This document shows, piece by piece, positions 18,514 to 28,733 of a stretch of DNA of 64,000 bases. Each line of letters opens with the position of its first letter. Position 1 is the stretch's first letter. This stretch comes from a virus (Duplodnaviria; Caudoviricetes). Position numbers and translations under genes: made by a program. Under the pieces are notes generated by a model that saw only the letters and a program-made list of their open reading frames with translations, was not told the origin of the DNA and made no database searches. The stretch lies in IMG/VR virus record IMGVR_UViG_3300030095_001206, positions 21,307 through 85,306 of that record, one strand, 5' to 3'.

Positions 18514-19112
18514 TATGCGTCACCGCTTACTTGAACTTGTTGTGCATATAATGTACCAGTACTGCTATCAGTTCTAGCAGCAACCTTAAAGGATTTTCTC
18601 AATGTACCATCATTACCAGCACCTGAATCAGAGTCGGCCCATGTGCCACTCCAACCATTTGATGAATAATCAACAACTACATTTACACTTTGTGCATTGT
18701 CACCAGTAGAACTACTGAATGATGGATAGTTAATTGATTGAATTGGATGATGTTCAAACGACCAACCAGAAAGGTTGCTTGATAATGAAACAGTATCTCC
18801 AACTTCAAATGGAGCACCAATTACACCCTGTGGGAAAAATATAGTTGTAACCCCACTTGCTGCAGGACTCTTTATCACATTAACCACTCTTTGAGAACTT
18901 GGTTGCCCTATGTTAATTAAGGCAGTTCCTCCCGCAGGTACATAATAATTTGCTTCAGTTGATACTGGTGTTGAACCATATCCAACATGAGCACCTTGTG
19001 TTAAAGCTACTACTCTCAAAGTATCACTCTTTTGATCAAATTGAATTGATTGAGCACTGGTAGTGCCTGTTGCAAAAGATGTACTATTACCGACTGGTTG
19101 ATGTGCAGCCAT
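18513..19112 (-). CDS. putative virion structural protein
   Basis: 199 aa, beta-rich S/T/G composition, in head operon. Confidence 0.7.
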   Translation of the reverse strand: MAAHQPVGNSTSFATGTTSAQSIQFDQKSDTLRVVALTQGAHVGYGSTPVSTEANYYVPAGGTALINIGQPSSQRVVNVIKSPAASGVTTIFFPQGVIGAPFEVGDTVSLSSNLSGWSFEHHPIQSINYPSFSSSTGDNAQSVNVVVDYSSNGWSGTWADSDSGAGNDGTLRKSFKVAARTDSSTGTLYAQQVQVSGDA

Positions 19113-19354
19113 TACTCTTCTTCCTCAGTTGTTTCTGGTTCTGTTGCGTCTGCAACTGGTTGATCATCTACTTCAACTTCACCTTCTACTTCAGGGATCT
19201 GATCTCCAAAGAGACTATTTGCAATTTCAGGCTTTAAGTTATCAACTTTATCAGCCGTCTTTGCATATAGAAGATCCTTAATAGCATCACTCACCTTTGA
19301 AGGCGAATCATTTGCCACAATAGCATCCATTAAATCGTCCATACTAATGGTCAT
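19112..19354 (-). CDS. small acidic head-assembly protein (gp67-like position)
   Basis: 80 aa, E-rich tail, directly after portal gene. Confidence 0.65.
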   Translation of the reverse strand: MTISMDDLMDAIVANDSPSKVSDAIKDLLYAKTADKVDNLKPEIANSLFGDQIPEVEGEVEVDDQPVADATEPETTEEEE

Positions 19355-19370
19355 AACATTTCCTATAGGT

Positions 19371-19378
19371 TATTTATA
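19371..19378 (-). promoter_or_regulatory. late promoter
   Basis: perfect TATAAATA overlapping g20 stop. Confidence 0.8.
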
Positions 19379-21080
19379 TCTCTCCGCCCTTAGGTAATTT
19401 TGTCATACCTGCATCTTTCGCTCCTTCGAGGTTTGGTTCCATAATTGGAGCACCTAAATCACCACCGCCAGCAGCTGCTTCTTCTCCTACACCTGGAGCC
19501 ATACCATTAAATCCATCAACTGCCATTGCTGCTTCTGCTGGATCTTGAATTACTCCTTCTGCAATTTCTTTTTCAATGAGTTCATCTTGTTCTAAGATAT
19601 CCTCATCAGATTGGCGAAGAACAGTACGACGTACCCAATCTTGAGAGTAGTACTTACCAATGTAAGGTTCTGCTTCCATAGCAAGAGAGAATCTTTCTCT
19701 TTGCAACTCAGCATCTTTGAGTTCTGAGAAATGATTATCATATACAAAGTCAAACTGAATGTTTTCAGCCATGACATCCCAGTCTTCTGGGGTGCAAATA
19801 TTCTTAAGAAGACATTGAGTTCTTAGAATATCTAAGAATAGATTACTAAATCTCTTACGCAATCTACCAACAAACTTGGTAAACTTAAGTTCATCTCTTA
19901 AGATTTCAGAGGATCTACCTAAGTTAAATCCACCATCTCCTTCAATTCTGGAGATAGGAACATTAAGTGACTTATAAAGTTTCTTCTTAAAGTATTCAAT
20001 ATCTGTAATCTCTCCAAGGTTTTGTCCACCTGGTAATGTAGATATTTCAGTACCTCTTCCACCTTCACGTCTAGGTAACCAGAAGTCCTCCATCATAGAC
20101 ATGAACTTCTTGTCATCACGGATTTCTCCAGTGTTTGCATCGTAAACTAACTTGTTACGATACCTCATCATGACATCACGAAGGTATTGTTCAGCCTTCA
20201 TCTTAGGAAGGTTACCAACATCAATGTAGAATATTCTTCTTTCTGGAGCACGAGACAAGCGATAGATCACTAGACTATCCTCAATCATTCTAAGTTGATT
20301 GAGTGATTTAATTGCCTTATGAAGGTATGAAAGAACAGAACCTTTGTTTCTGTCTACAAGACCTGAAGTACAATATGCAATAGAGTCTTTCGAGAAACGG
20401 ACACCTTTAGTGTCTGTAAGGTTACTAGATGGGTTTAAAGCACCACCAGTAGTATCTTTAGTACTATAGATGAAGTATTCTTCTATCTCTGGGAATGCTT
20501 GATGAATACTATTAACTTCTTTTTGACTTTGAATAGCAGCTATTCTACCTGCTTCACCTGCTTTATCCTTAACAGCATGACGCACAAAACGCATTTTCAT
20601 TGCGTCAATATAACGCAATTCTTGTATTCCTTCTTGAGGTTTCTTTAAATCAATTACTTTATGATAATATAATCTACCATCTACATACCAGTTACGGTAT
20701 ATTTCATGTGATTTTTTATCAAAATCTAAAAGTTCTTTGACAAATTTAAATTCTTCTCTAATCTTTTTCTTAATACCATCACTGGCATTTAACTTTGAAA
20801 GTTCAATCTCTACAGGACTTTGATTTGTATCAGATACGATAGATTCTTGTATAACATCTTCTACTGCACCATCCACTTCTGGATGTAATGCCATCTCTCT
20901 ATATCTACGAATTAATTGAAATTCGTTTTTAAATACACCTTCTAAGTCAACATAGTTGCCAAAAAACCCCGAAGTCATATAATGATCACTTTGATCCTCG
21001 TTGGAATCGGGGACTGGTGATACTACTGACTTCGGAGTTTCTTCATTATTCTCTATTGAGAATCCAAATAATTTAGCCAT
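19374..21080 (-). CDS. g20: portal protein
   Basis: YR.MA.HPEVD.A, RAPERRIFYIDVGNLPK.KAEQYL, MEDFWLPRREGGRGTEISTLPGGQNLG. Confidence 0.99.
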   Translation of the reverse strand: MAKLFGFSIENNEETPKSVVSPVPDSNEDQSDHYMTSGFFGNYVDLEGVFKNEFQLIRRYREMALHPEVDGAVEDVIQESIVSDTNQSPVEIELSKLNASDGIKKKIREEFKFVKELLDFDKKSHEIYRNWYVDGRLYYHKVIDLKKPQEGIQELRYIDAMKMRFVRHAVKDKAGEAGRIAAIQSQKEVNSIHQAFPEIEEYFIYSTKDTTGGALNPSSNLTDTKGVRFSKDSIAYCTSGLVDRNKGSVLSYLHKAIKSLNQLRMIEDSLVIYRLSRAPERRIFYIDVGNLPKMKAEQYLRDVMMRYRNKLVYDANTGEIRDDKKFMSMMEDFWLPRREGGRGTEISTLPGGQNLGEITDIEYFKKKLYKSLNVPISRIEGDGGFNLGRSSEILRDELKFTKFVGRLRKRFSNLFLDILRTQCLLKNICTPEDWDVMAENIQFDFVYDNHFSELKDAELQRERFSLAMEAEPYIGKYYSQDWVRRTVLRQSDEDILEQDELIEKEIAEGVIQDPAEAAMAVDGFNGMAPGVGEEAAAGGGDLGAPIMEPNLEGAKDAGMTKLPKGGEI

Positions 21081-21110
21081 TTATACTATGGTGGACTATA
21101 CCGTTCATAG

Positions 21111-21118
21111 TATTTAGT
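21111..21118 (-). promoter_or_regulatory. late promoter (g20)
   Basis: ACTAAATA upstream of g20. Confidence 0.65.
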
Positions 21119-21130
21119 ATAGCACAAATA

Positions 21131-21775
21131 TTACCTTATGTCTGCTGCTTCTGCTGATCCAAATGACTCAAAGTATTGAACTTGGAATTCAACAGTAAAG
21201 TCTTCGATGCTGTCACCTGTATCATAAGATAATGCTATCTCAGAAATGTTAGTTGGGAAGATATCAAGGAACTTGTATGCTCTCAATACATTTGCTGATT
21301 CTGTAGGGCCTGCTCCACTTATGTCATTAGAAGGAGCTTCGGATGCAATAGTTGCTCCTCTACCCAACTGATAAACAAATGCATCTTGCATATAAGAAGT
21401 AGGTGCAGTTGCTCCAGTGTTGTTATCCAACTTGGAGATTCCGTTCATCCATCCTTCAAAAGCAGTTCTAAGACGGAAATCTTCGTCGTTGATAACTGTG
21501 ATTGTCCAAGGATCGAAAGTTCTGTCTCCAGCAACTTTTAAAATACGACCTCTGAAAGGAACGTCTATTGGTGCGACGTTGGATGCAGGAAGGTTAGCAG
21601 CCTTACACATGAAGCGTAGGTTGCTCTTGTCATCATTGTTGTAAGATGCAGCGACATAATCTGGGAAGTTAGGAATTGCTACTTCAAACAGATTAGGACG
21701 TGCTCCACCACCTCTCAGTTTACTTTTAAACTGAGAGATATTTCTTACTGATGGGGGGTTTGGTGCGGTTGCCAT
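21131..21775 (-). CDS. g19: tail tube protein
   Basis: GGGARPNLFEV, F..KAA.LPAS, GDRTF..WT.TV.ND. Confidence 0.96.
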   Translation of the reverse strand: MATAPNPPSVRNISQFKSKLRGGGARPNLFEVAIPNFPDYVAASYNNDDKSNLRFMCKAANLPASNVAPIDVPFRGRILKVAGDRTFDPWTITVINDEDFRLRTAFEGWMNGISKLDNNTGATAPTSYMQDAFVYQLGRGATIASEAPSNDISGAGPTESANVLRAYKFLDIFPTNISEIALSYDTGDSIEDFTVEFQVQYFESFGSAEAADIR

Positions 21776-21792
21776 TTACATTTGCTCCTTAA

Positions 21793-23988
21793 TTATACTC
21801 TACCAGCAACTTCTTCAAAACTAACACCTGTGCGAGTAGCAACAAAGGTTAGTGAAACGAAGTTGATAGATTTGCTAGGCTTGAGGAAGATGTCTGCACG
21901 GAATTCATTGTTATCGATGACATCTGGTGTGTTGTTTGTCTCGTCGCAAATTACTAGGAAGTCATAAAGACCACGCTTGCTTTGTACGTCACGTAGATAT
22001 GGTTCTACGATGTTAACAAAGTTAGCACGAGTAATTTCGTCGTTGAACTCAAAGAGTTGAGCTTGTGCAGCTCTCTCCAGTGCCTGTTCGACTGTAAGGA
22101 ACAATCTTCTAACGTTAATTCTGTCAAACGCTGAGGCATAACCTAAGGCAGTCTTGTCTCCGAAGAGCATGATGCCGATACCAGGACGGAATATAATCGG
22201 GTTAATCCGCTTGGTGTACAGAGAATCTCTCTGTGCTTGAGTTGGGTTGTAAGCCAACTTAGTAGCGTTGTTAAGAACACCACGCTGCTGTCCAGCAGGA
22301 GAGAACCAAGGATAGAACTCTCTGTTAGTTCTAACCATGAGTCCAGCAATGTCTCCGTTACATGGAACCCAACGGAATTCATTGTTGAATCTATCAAACA
22401 TATACTTATAACCACTGTCTATGATTAGATATGAAGATGAATTTGCTCCATCTAAAGTGGCAATAACGTTTGATGTTTGTGTTGCAGCGTTGGTGATGTT
22501 AACAACGTCTCCACGTTGAGGACCAGCAACAGCAACGCAATCTTTTCTTGTTTCGGCAATGTCTGCCAACTTGTTAATCTTGGCCTGTGATTCTGCTCTA
22601 GTATCACAACCAGGACCACCAATTAAGTAGTCAACAGCAATCTCGTCTTTGGTTTGGAACTTATTGTAAGAAGTAATCAAAGCACCGAGTGTTGCCTTAA
22701 ATCCATTTGCAGCAGTGTAATCATTACCACCTTTAAGTGCATAAGTGGTAGCACCAATACCTGCAAAGTATGACACATCTCCAGCATTCTGTCCCCACTG
22801 TGCATCAGCATTACTGATAGTAGAGAATTCAGTTCCACCAAATCCAGTGTTAACGGGACCAGTGAGACGCATTGCGTCAAATGCTATAGATGGATTGTAT
22901 CCTGCATATGTCTTCTCAGAGAAGTCTGCAAGATAAGACTTGTACCAGATCTTTTGTCCAGCATTTCCTGATGACTCACAGTCAACAGCCTTAGAGAGAG
23001 AAATATGCTTCTCAAGGATGTTACCTTTAATTCCAGTTATATTTCCAGTATCATCAACAACAACTACATGTAAAGCATCATTGTAAGCACCTCTTTCTGT
23101 AGCATACTGATTAGTTACTGGTTTCTGTGCGATTGACTTCCAGTAAACAGTTGCATTGTCTAACTGTAGAGTCTGAGCATCATACCAATCAGCAACTGCA
23201 GTAGGAGTTAATGCAGCACTACCAACTGTACCAGCAGGAAGGTTAGTGAATAAACCATCTGAAGTACCAAATGCGTAGATACCACCTTCAGTGTAACTAA
23301 CTTTAGTTTCAGTTGAACCACCACCAACTGTTTCTACACGAGAAACAATCTTAACATCAACAGTTGACTTACCACCAACAGCATCAGTAGAAACACCAGT
23401 AACAATACCTTTGAGGAATCCTACAAAACTTGAAGTAGTTCCTGCACCAGGTAGAACTGTGCTTAAAGGAGCAGTTATACCATAACCAACAGTTACACCA
23501 GAACCAGCAAGACTAGTAGAGGTAAAAGTAAGTGTTTGATCAGCAAAGTCATCAACGAAGCAGACTTTTAGATCCTTACCCCAAGTACCAGGGTTCTTAG
23601 CGGCGTAATAGAAATCGGTAGCAGAAGTGTAGTTAGACTGATAATCGTCGTAACTCTTAATCTTCAGGGTTGTTGTATTAGCAATACCAACACCAGCGTT
23701 AGCATTCTTGAGGTCATCATCGTCAGTTCTGGCAACCTTAAGGATACCACCGTATGAGAGGAATGACGCTGCACTCATCCAATACTCGTACTGACTATCG
23801 GTGCTCAATGGCTTTCCGAATGTGTTGATTAAATCCTGTTCTGTTTCCACAGTGATTGGATCATCAACAGGTCCAATTTCAAAAGGGCCTGCGATTGCAC
23901 CGATATTATCGAGTACATTATCCGCCCTTCCTACTGTTAGATCTACTTCCCTGATTAATACACCAGGTGATACTAACTGAATAGCCAT
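21793..23988 (-). CDS. g18: tail sheath protein
   Basis: SPGV..RE.D, PWFSPAG..RG, GDKT...ASAFDRINVRRLFL. Confidence 0.98.
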   Translation of the reverse strand: MAIQLVSPGVLIREVDLTVGRADNVLDNIGAIAGPFEIGPVDDPITVETEQDLINTFGKPLSTDSQYEYWMSAASFLSYGGILKVARTDDDDLKNANAGVGIANTTTLKIKSYDDYQSNYTSATDFYYAAKNPGTWGKDLKVCFVDDFADQTLTFTSTSLAGSGVTVGYGITAPLSTVLPGAGTTSSFVGFLKGIVTGVSTDAVGGKSTVDVKIVSRVETVGGGSTETKVSYTEGGIYAFGTSDGLFTNLPAGTVGSAALTPTAVADWYDAQTLQLDNATVYWKSIAQKPVTNQYATERGAYNDALHVVVVDDTGNITGIKGNILEKHISLSKAVDCESSGNAGQKIWYKSYLADFSEKTYAGYNPSIAFDAMRLTGPVNTGFGGTEFSTISNADAQWGQNAGDVSYFAGIGATTYALKGGNDYTAANGFKATLGALITSYNKFQTKDEIAVDYLIGGPGCDTRAESQAKINKLADIAETRKDCVAVAGPQRGDVVNITNAATQTSNVIATLDGANSSSYLIIDSGYKYMFDRFNNEFRWVPCNGDIAGLMVRTNREFYPWFSPAGQQRGVLNNATKLAYNPTQAQRDSLYTKRINPIIFRPGIGIMLFGDKTALGYASAFDRINVRRLFLTVEQALERAAQAQLFEFNDEITRANFVNIVEPYLRDVQSKRGLYDFLVICDETNNTPDVIDNNEFRADIFLKPSKSINFVSLTFVATRTGVSFEEVAGRV

Positions 23989-24026
23989 GCTTGCGTCCCT
24001 CTAAGAGTTCCCAATTTCCTACAAAT

Positions 24027-24034
24027 TATTTATT
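24027..24034 (-). promoter_or_regulatory. late promoter (g18)
   Basis: AATAAATA upstream of g18. Confidence 0.7.
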
Positions 24035-24070
24035 GAAAGATACATTTTCAGAGGGGAAACCGTGCGTGAA

Positions 24071-25741
24071 CTATGAACGATACTCCCACATATAACTCAT
24101 ATCACCATAAGTTGACTGTACATCATCCCTATCTGTCTTGGTCCATCTTTGTCCATCATCATCAACAATATAGTCATCTTCCAATCCATCAAGCATGAAA
24201 CCAAATGGAGCCATGTCTTGTTCTATTTGATTTTTATTATCTTCATACAATCTTTTACGAACATCTTGATCAGTTAACTCTTTAAAGTAATCCTGTGCTA
24301 CCAACCATGCATATATTACAAGACACATTGCTAAGTCATCATTACAACCATCATCTGCCTCAAATGAATTACTCTTTGAAATAAATGTAGTTAATTCTGA
24401 TATAATCTCATAATCATTAAATAAAACTTTATCAGCCTCAATCATTGTCTTCAAATTTAATGCACCAACCTTCTTAACAGTCTTGGACATCTTAACTCCA
24501 AGTTGTACCTTAGTACCAGAGAATCCTTGTCCTATAACCTGTCCTGCTCTTCCTCTCATAGATGACATAAGAAGATTAGGATATTCAAAATCATAGTTAA
24601 GAATAGATGCAACCTGATCTCCAATATCATTTACTTCTACTAGTATAAAGGCATCATTGTATCCTTTACAAGTTTCGTGTATAATATTAGGAAATAACAT
24701 AGGTTTAATTTCATTATTCCTATACTTTGCTACAACTCTATGGGGGAATTCTGTTATATCAACAATTATAAATGTAGAATAATCCTCTCCCACACCACGA
24801 GCAACGTCTACTGTACAAACATAATCATGTTTCTCAATAGGTTGTTCATATAAATCTAATCCTTCATTAGACATTTTTGGTTTATCATAAACCAAAGATT
24901 TTAATTTTGCTGGTGATATTAAGGTATCAACAGAACCTAAGAAATTACATTCAAACTCAACTTTGAATTGTGACTCTGAAGTATTAGCAATCGTTTGTGC
25001 TCTCCAAGCCTCATCTCTACCAGGAACTTCACTCCAATGGACTACAGTAGGTACATATTCATTATCTCCGTTCTCAGCATCGTGCCACATGCGATAGAAG
25101 TGGTTCATACCCTTGGGGGTAGAGACGATGATAATCTTAGTTGATTTACCAGATGAAATTGTAGGATATACTGAACTAAAGAAGTCGTCAGCAATATGAT
25201 TAGGAACGAACGCAAATTCGTCTAGGAATATGATGTTAAAGGTCATACCCCGAACTGCAGCAGCAGATGTAGATGCTGCCATAATCTTGGAACCGTTCTC
25301 CAGTTCTAAACTACCTTTGTTCCATACAAGAATACCCTGTTGCATCCATTTGGGTAAGTTCTCATAAGCAGTCTGGAGTCTTGCTAACAAGTCTCTGGCA
25401 GTTGCTGCTTTGTTTGCAAGAATACCAATATTAACATTATCATTAAAGATAGCATAATGAAGTAGATAAGATACAGACGTAGTAGACTTACCAGTCTGTC
25501 TAGGCATCATGCATATATTAAATCTATTATCATGAAATCTTTCTATTAATTTCTCTTGGAATGGCCACATATCAAAGCCAACCAATCCTTCATCAACGTT
25601 TACAATCTTAATGTATTGACGAGCAAAATAAACAGGATCAAGTTTACATTTAATAAACTCTTGAACCTGATCATGACTAAATTCAATCTCAGTATTTGCT
25701 TTCTTGAGATTGGGATTACCAAGGTATATTTCTTGAGGCAT
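24071..25741 (-). CDS. g17: terminase large subunit
   Basis: YLGNPNLK, PRQTGKST, FLDEFAF, VSTPKG.NHFY, DVARG, DDL.M. Confidence 0.98.
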   Translation of the reverse strand: MPQEIYLGNPNLKKANTEIEFSHDQVQEFIKCKLDPVYFARQYIKIVNVDEGLVGFDMWPFQEKLIERFHDNRFNICMMPRQTGKSTTSVSYLLHYAIFNDNVNIGILANKAATARDLLARLQTAYENLPKWMQQGILVWNKGSLELENGSKIMAASTSAAAVRGMTFNIIFLDEFAFVPNHIADDFFSSVYPTISSGKSTKIIIVSTPKGMNHFYRMWHDAENGDNEYVPTVVHWSEVPGRDEAWRAQTIANTSESQFKVEFECNFLGSVDTLISPAKLKSLVYDKPKMSNEGLDLYEQPIEKHDYVCTVDVARGVGEDYSTFIIVDITEFPHRVVAKYRNNEIKPMLFPNIIHETCKGYNDAFILVEVNDIGDQVASILNYDFEYPNLLMSSMRGRAGQVIGQGFSGTKVQLGVKMSKTVKKVGALNLKTMIEADKVLFNDYEIISELTTFISKSNSFEADDGCNDDLAMCLVIYAWLVAQDYFKELTDQDVRKRLYEDNKNQIEQDMAPFGFMLDGLEDDYIVDDDGQRWTKTDRDDVQSTYGDMSYMWEYRS

Positions 25742-25743
25742 AA

Positions 25744-26115
25744 TTAAGTTTGGCGATAACCACTAACAATAAAAGTACAAGTTGCACCAGCACTAGTAGT
25801 TCCAAAATTACCAGTACCAACGAACAAAGCATCTCCACTATTTTCAAGAACTAAAGGAGATGCATAGACATCAAATCTATAGTTTCCTCTATCAGCAATG
25901 TCTTCATCAACAATTCTAAAATCAGGAGAATCAGTTGTTCCACCATTAGGAACAAAATAGATTTGAGCACTTGTAGATGCACCATATCCAGCATGTGCAT
26001 ACACACCGTCTATGTAAATCTTTTTATTATCAACACAAGTAATGACTCCTACTGTGCTTCCATATGCAACCTTTATAGGATTACATAACTTACCATATAC
26101 AATTGGATTTGCCAT
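25744..26115 (-). CDS. putative small structural beta-sandwich protein
   Basis: 123 aa; LVLENSGDALFV and terminal IVSGY pattern of small phage fibre-associated proteins. Confidence 0.6.
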   Translation of the reverse strand: MANPIVYGKLCNPIKVAYGSTVGVITCVDNKKIYIDGVYAHAGYGASTSAQIYFVPNGGTTDSPDFRIVDEDIADRGNYRFDVYASPLVLENSGDALFVGTGNFGTTSAGATCTFIVSGYRQT

Positions 26116-26117
26116 AA

Positions 26118-27029
26118 TTAAGTAACGATGTCAGCACCAGCACCAGCTCTTACTGCCATTAATTTTTTAAGTAGAACTTGTCTTTTCAATCTCATTACCC
26201 TCTTCTCCTTAGATTTCAACTCTTGATTTTCACGACCTTTCTTTTGTACTGCTAATTGCTTACCCTGCACATCATCAACTGATGGAGTTTTAGATCCATT
26301 AGAAGGCATAGGTGCAGTATCCTCAGGCAATTGTAAAATTGGTTTAGTAGGATCTCTCATAACAACATCATAATCCATAACTCTTGAGCTAGGATAGACT
26401 TTAACAATAGCATCTTGTACTTCTTTCTTAGATGGCATCTTTAGTTCTGGGAAGAACATCTGAAGAGACATATACTTACCACGCCACAAGAATGTAACAT
26501 AAAGTGTTTGTCCATTTACTCTTGGAAGAGTTGTTGCTTCATAAGTATAAGTCTTCTTACCGACTTTGGTATGTCCATACTCACCAGTTTTACCTGGACG
26601 TACTTGACCTAACTTACTACCTTTCCTAGAAGGACCAGTTGAAGTGTTACGCCCTCTCTTAGTAGTAGGGTGTATTGTTGCTTTGTCCTTTCCTTTCTTT
26701 GTGATTACAGCATCTTGGTCATACTTTTTACCAAGACGTTTCATCTGCTTTTTAAATTTCCTAAACTTTTTCTTAGGAGCATTGACAGCAATAGATGGTT
26801 CACTAACTGTCTTCTTTTCACCAGTCTTACTATCTGTTTCAGGATACTCACCTTTTACTTTCTTATAACCGTAACCCATACTACGAACTTTCTTTCCCAG
26901 TTCTTTGTTACGTGCTTTATTTTCCTTACTAGATTTGTCACCTCTATTAGCAGTTAGGACTGCGGTGCTGCGTTTCTTAGAGTGCTGCACCTGACGTGAC
27001 ATACCACCTTCATCTATTTGATTCAACAT
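26118..27029 (-). CDS. basic modular protein, probable internal head protein
   Basis: IDE|GG start; TAVLTANR...EN..RN..L...VRSMGYGYKKVKGEY.E module; start ATG 27029 or GTG 27035. Confidence 0.7.
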   Translation of the reverse strand: MLNQIDEGGMSRQVQHSKKRSTAVLTANRGDKSSKENKARNKELGKKVRSMGYGYKKVKGEYPETDSKTGEKKTVSEPSIAVNAPKKKFRKFKKQMKRLGKKYDQDAVITKKGKDKATIHPTTKRGRNTSTGPSRKGSKLGQVRPGKTGEYGHTKVGKKTYTYEATTLPRVNGQTLYVTFLWRGKYMSLQMFFPELKMPSKKEVQDAIVKVYPSSRVMDYDVVMRDPTKPILQLPEDTAPMPSNGSKTPSVDDVQGKQLAVQKKGRENQELKSKEKRVMRLKRQVLLKKLMAVRAGAGADIVT

Positions 27030-27742
27030 TTCCACTTCCTCAATGCTAGTGCCTTACGAGTAGGTCTTCCCTTCTCATCTTTCATTGGTCCTTTCATACC
27101 ACCCATGCGAGCACAGAATGATCTCTTTCTAGGACCACCTTCAGGTTGTGGTGCTTTTAAATCAGAACCAGGATTCTCACGCTCGTAAGACTTCCTGCCT
27201 TTCTCATTTAATCCACCAGTTTTATTCTTTCCTTCTTTACGTTGCCAAGCACTTTCTACATTAAGGGTTTTTGGATAATCTTTATCACCAGGTTTTGCTG
27301 GTTTCTCACCACGCTTTCTCTTAGCATGAATATTATCCCAAAGTCCTTTTTTCTTACCTTCCTTCACACAATTAGGAACTTCCTTACCACCTTTCTTCTT
27401 AGTTCCCTTTGCCTTATATCCGTCCCAACATTTATCAGCACCTACATTTTTACGTGCTTGTTTTAAAGATTCTTTAAAATCTTCAAAACTTTTAGAAGTT
27501 GATTCGCTCATGCCCCCTCCATTGGAACCGTTCCCATTGCCATTGCCGTTGCTAGAACTAGACCCATTAGTTCCTGAATGTCCATTGCCATTCTTGTTGC
27601 CGTTTTTCTTAGATTTTCGTCCATTGTTATCATCGGGGTCAGGTCTTAACCATCCATGAGCTCCCACATATTTACCCTTTGGTATGGGCATACACTTTTT
27701 TTCTTTAGTGCAATAGTATTTGCCAGGAGGACAGTCCTTCAT
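27023..27742 (-). CDS. basic modular protein, probable internal head protein
   Basis: Modules CPPGKYYC, NG-rich linker, KCWDGYK..G.K.K.GKEVPNCV, GLWDNIHAKRKRG, AWQRKEGKN..GGLN.KGR.SY...SFCARM...ALRKWKC. Confidence 0.75.
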   Translation of the reverse strand: MKDCPPGKYYCTKEKKCMPIPKGKYVGAHGWLRPDPDDNNGRKSKKNGNKNGNGHSGTNGSSSSNGNGNGNGSNGGGMSESTSKSFEDFKESLKQARKNVGADKCWDGYKAKGTKKKGGKEVPNCVKEGKKKGLWDNIHAKRKRGEKPAKPGDKDYPKTLNVESAWQRKEGKNKTGGLNEKGRKSYERENPGSDLKAPQPEGGPRKRSFCARMGGMKGPMKDEKGRPTRKALALRKWKC

Positions 27743-27764
27743 AAAAAAATCAGAAGTCTCCTTT

Positions 27765-27772
27765 TATTTATT
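27765..27772 (-). promoter_or_regulatory. late promoter
   Basis: AATAAATA upstream of the 239-aa gene. Confidence 0.65.
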
Positions 27773-27899
27773 CTTGTTCTTCTTCCAATACTTGTTCATA
27801 GTATTTTATCTTCCTACGAAGAAACAGAACCTCTTTCTGAAGTTCTGCTTTCTCCTCTTCCAAAAGTTCGATCTCTTCTTGGTAGATAATAACACTCAT
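27768..27899 (-). CDS. 43-aa acidic coiled-coil hypothetical protein (below cutoff)
   Basis: MSVIIYQEEIELLEEEKAELQKEVLFLRRKIKYYEQVLEEEQE. Confidence 0.6.
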   Translation of the reverse strand: MSVIIYQEEIELLEEEKAELQKEVLFLRRKIKYYEQVLEEEQE

Positions 27900-27967
27900 G
27901 CAACTATTTAATCATTTAATATCTTCTTCATTTTTGAAAAAGACCTTATTCATAATAATCTTCTATA

Positions 27968-28228
27968 TCAGAGTCCAGGTATCCCCGTCGCTTGTGCTGA
28001 AGGAGCCATACTAGGGGTGGTATCAATACTAGGAGCAAGATCATTGGTCCCAAGAGGAAGTGCTCCGCCACCAAGTCCACCAAGTGATCCAGTAACTGCT
28101 TCAATAGCTTGTTGCTTAACTGAATCAATAATAGAATCTCTGTTGACATATACAAATAAGCCACTGCCAATAATGGCAATAGATACAGCACCAGACGCAA
28201 TAGCAACGACATTTATAATTTTTTGCAT
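27968..28228 (-). CDS. small membrane-anchored hypothetical protein
   Basis: MQKIINVVAIASGAVSIAIIGSGLFVY: N-terminal TM; likely start 28228. Confidence 0.7.
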   Translation of the reverse strand: MQKIINVVAIASGAVSIAIIGSGLFVYVNRDSIIDSVKQQAIEAVTGSLGGLGGGALPLGTNDLAPSIDTTPSMAPSAQATGIPGL

Positions 28229-28232
28229 TACT

Positions 28233-28700
28233 TTAAAGTTCGTAAGTTTCCTTAGTATCTTCTGAAACACCAACTATTTTTAGAGGTGCTTGCTCAATAC
28301 GAATTGTTTGTGTAGGACCAGCTTTAGCAATGATTGCTTCAATGTCCTTTGCAGTAACAGGAGGTGTTCCATTACCATTAACAGCGTTACCATTCTTGTC
28401 CATCTTCATAGTACCGTCACCCTTTTTAGATGCGGTCTGAATTCCGAAGCTAGCTAGGACTCCTGTAAATACCGAAGCAATAAATGTTGGATCAATTTTC
28501 TGTTGTGGTACACCTGGTATAGCCACATAATTTAATGTTAATATTCCACCGCTCCAGGCAAGAACAGTAATACGAACAAATGTACTAATGATTGCTGCTT
28601 GTTCATCAGCATCTGGAAGAATAGCATCCTTTGCTTTTTGAAATAACCCTTTCTTTTCTTCTTTGGGTTCTTCTACTACTTCTTTTACTTCGTCAGCCAT
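28233..28700 (-). CDS. two-TM membrane protein, hypothetical
   Basis: VRITVLAWSGGILTLNY and IDPTFIASVFTGVLASFG hydrophobic segments. Confidence 0.75.
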   Translation of the reverse strand: MADEVKEVVEEPKEEKKGLFQKAKDAILPDADEQAAIISTFVRITVLAWSGGILTLNYVAIPGVPQQKIDPTFIASVFTGVLASFGIQTASKKGDGTMKMDKNGNAVNGNGTPPVTAKDIEAIIAKAGPTQTIRIEQAPLKIVGVSEDTKETYEL

Positions 28701-28733
28701 TCACTTTTTGCAGGGTTTAATATATATACGAAT

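Noticed and set aside
8665-25741. Searched for inteins, group I introns and homing endonucleases in g46, uvsW, g20, g17
   Set aside because: Proteins have normal lengths and continuous motifs; no LAGLIDADG, HNH or GIY-YIG ORF seen
27520-27630. Short tandem CCATTG/CCGTT repeats resembling an array
   Set aside because: Encode the NGNG low-complexity linker of the 239-aa protein; no constant repeat-spacer structure, no cas genes
27917-27958. 13-codon minus-strand ORF MNKVFFKNEEDIK
   Set aside because: Too short and lacks a clear RBS; likely chance
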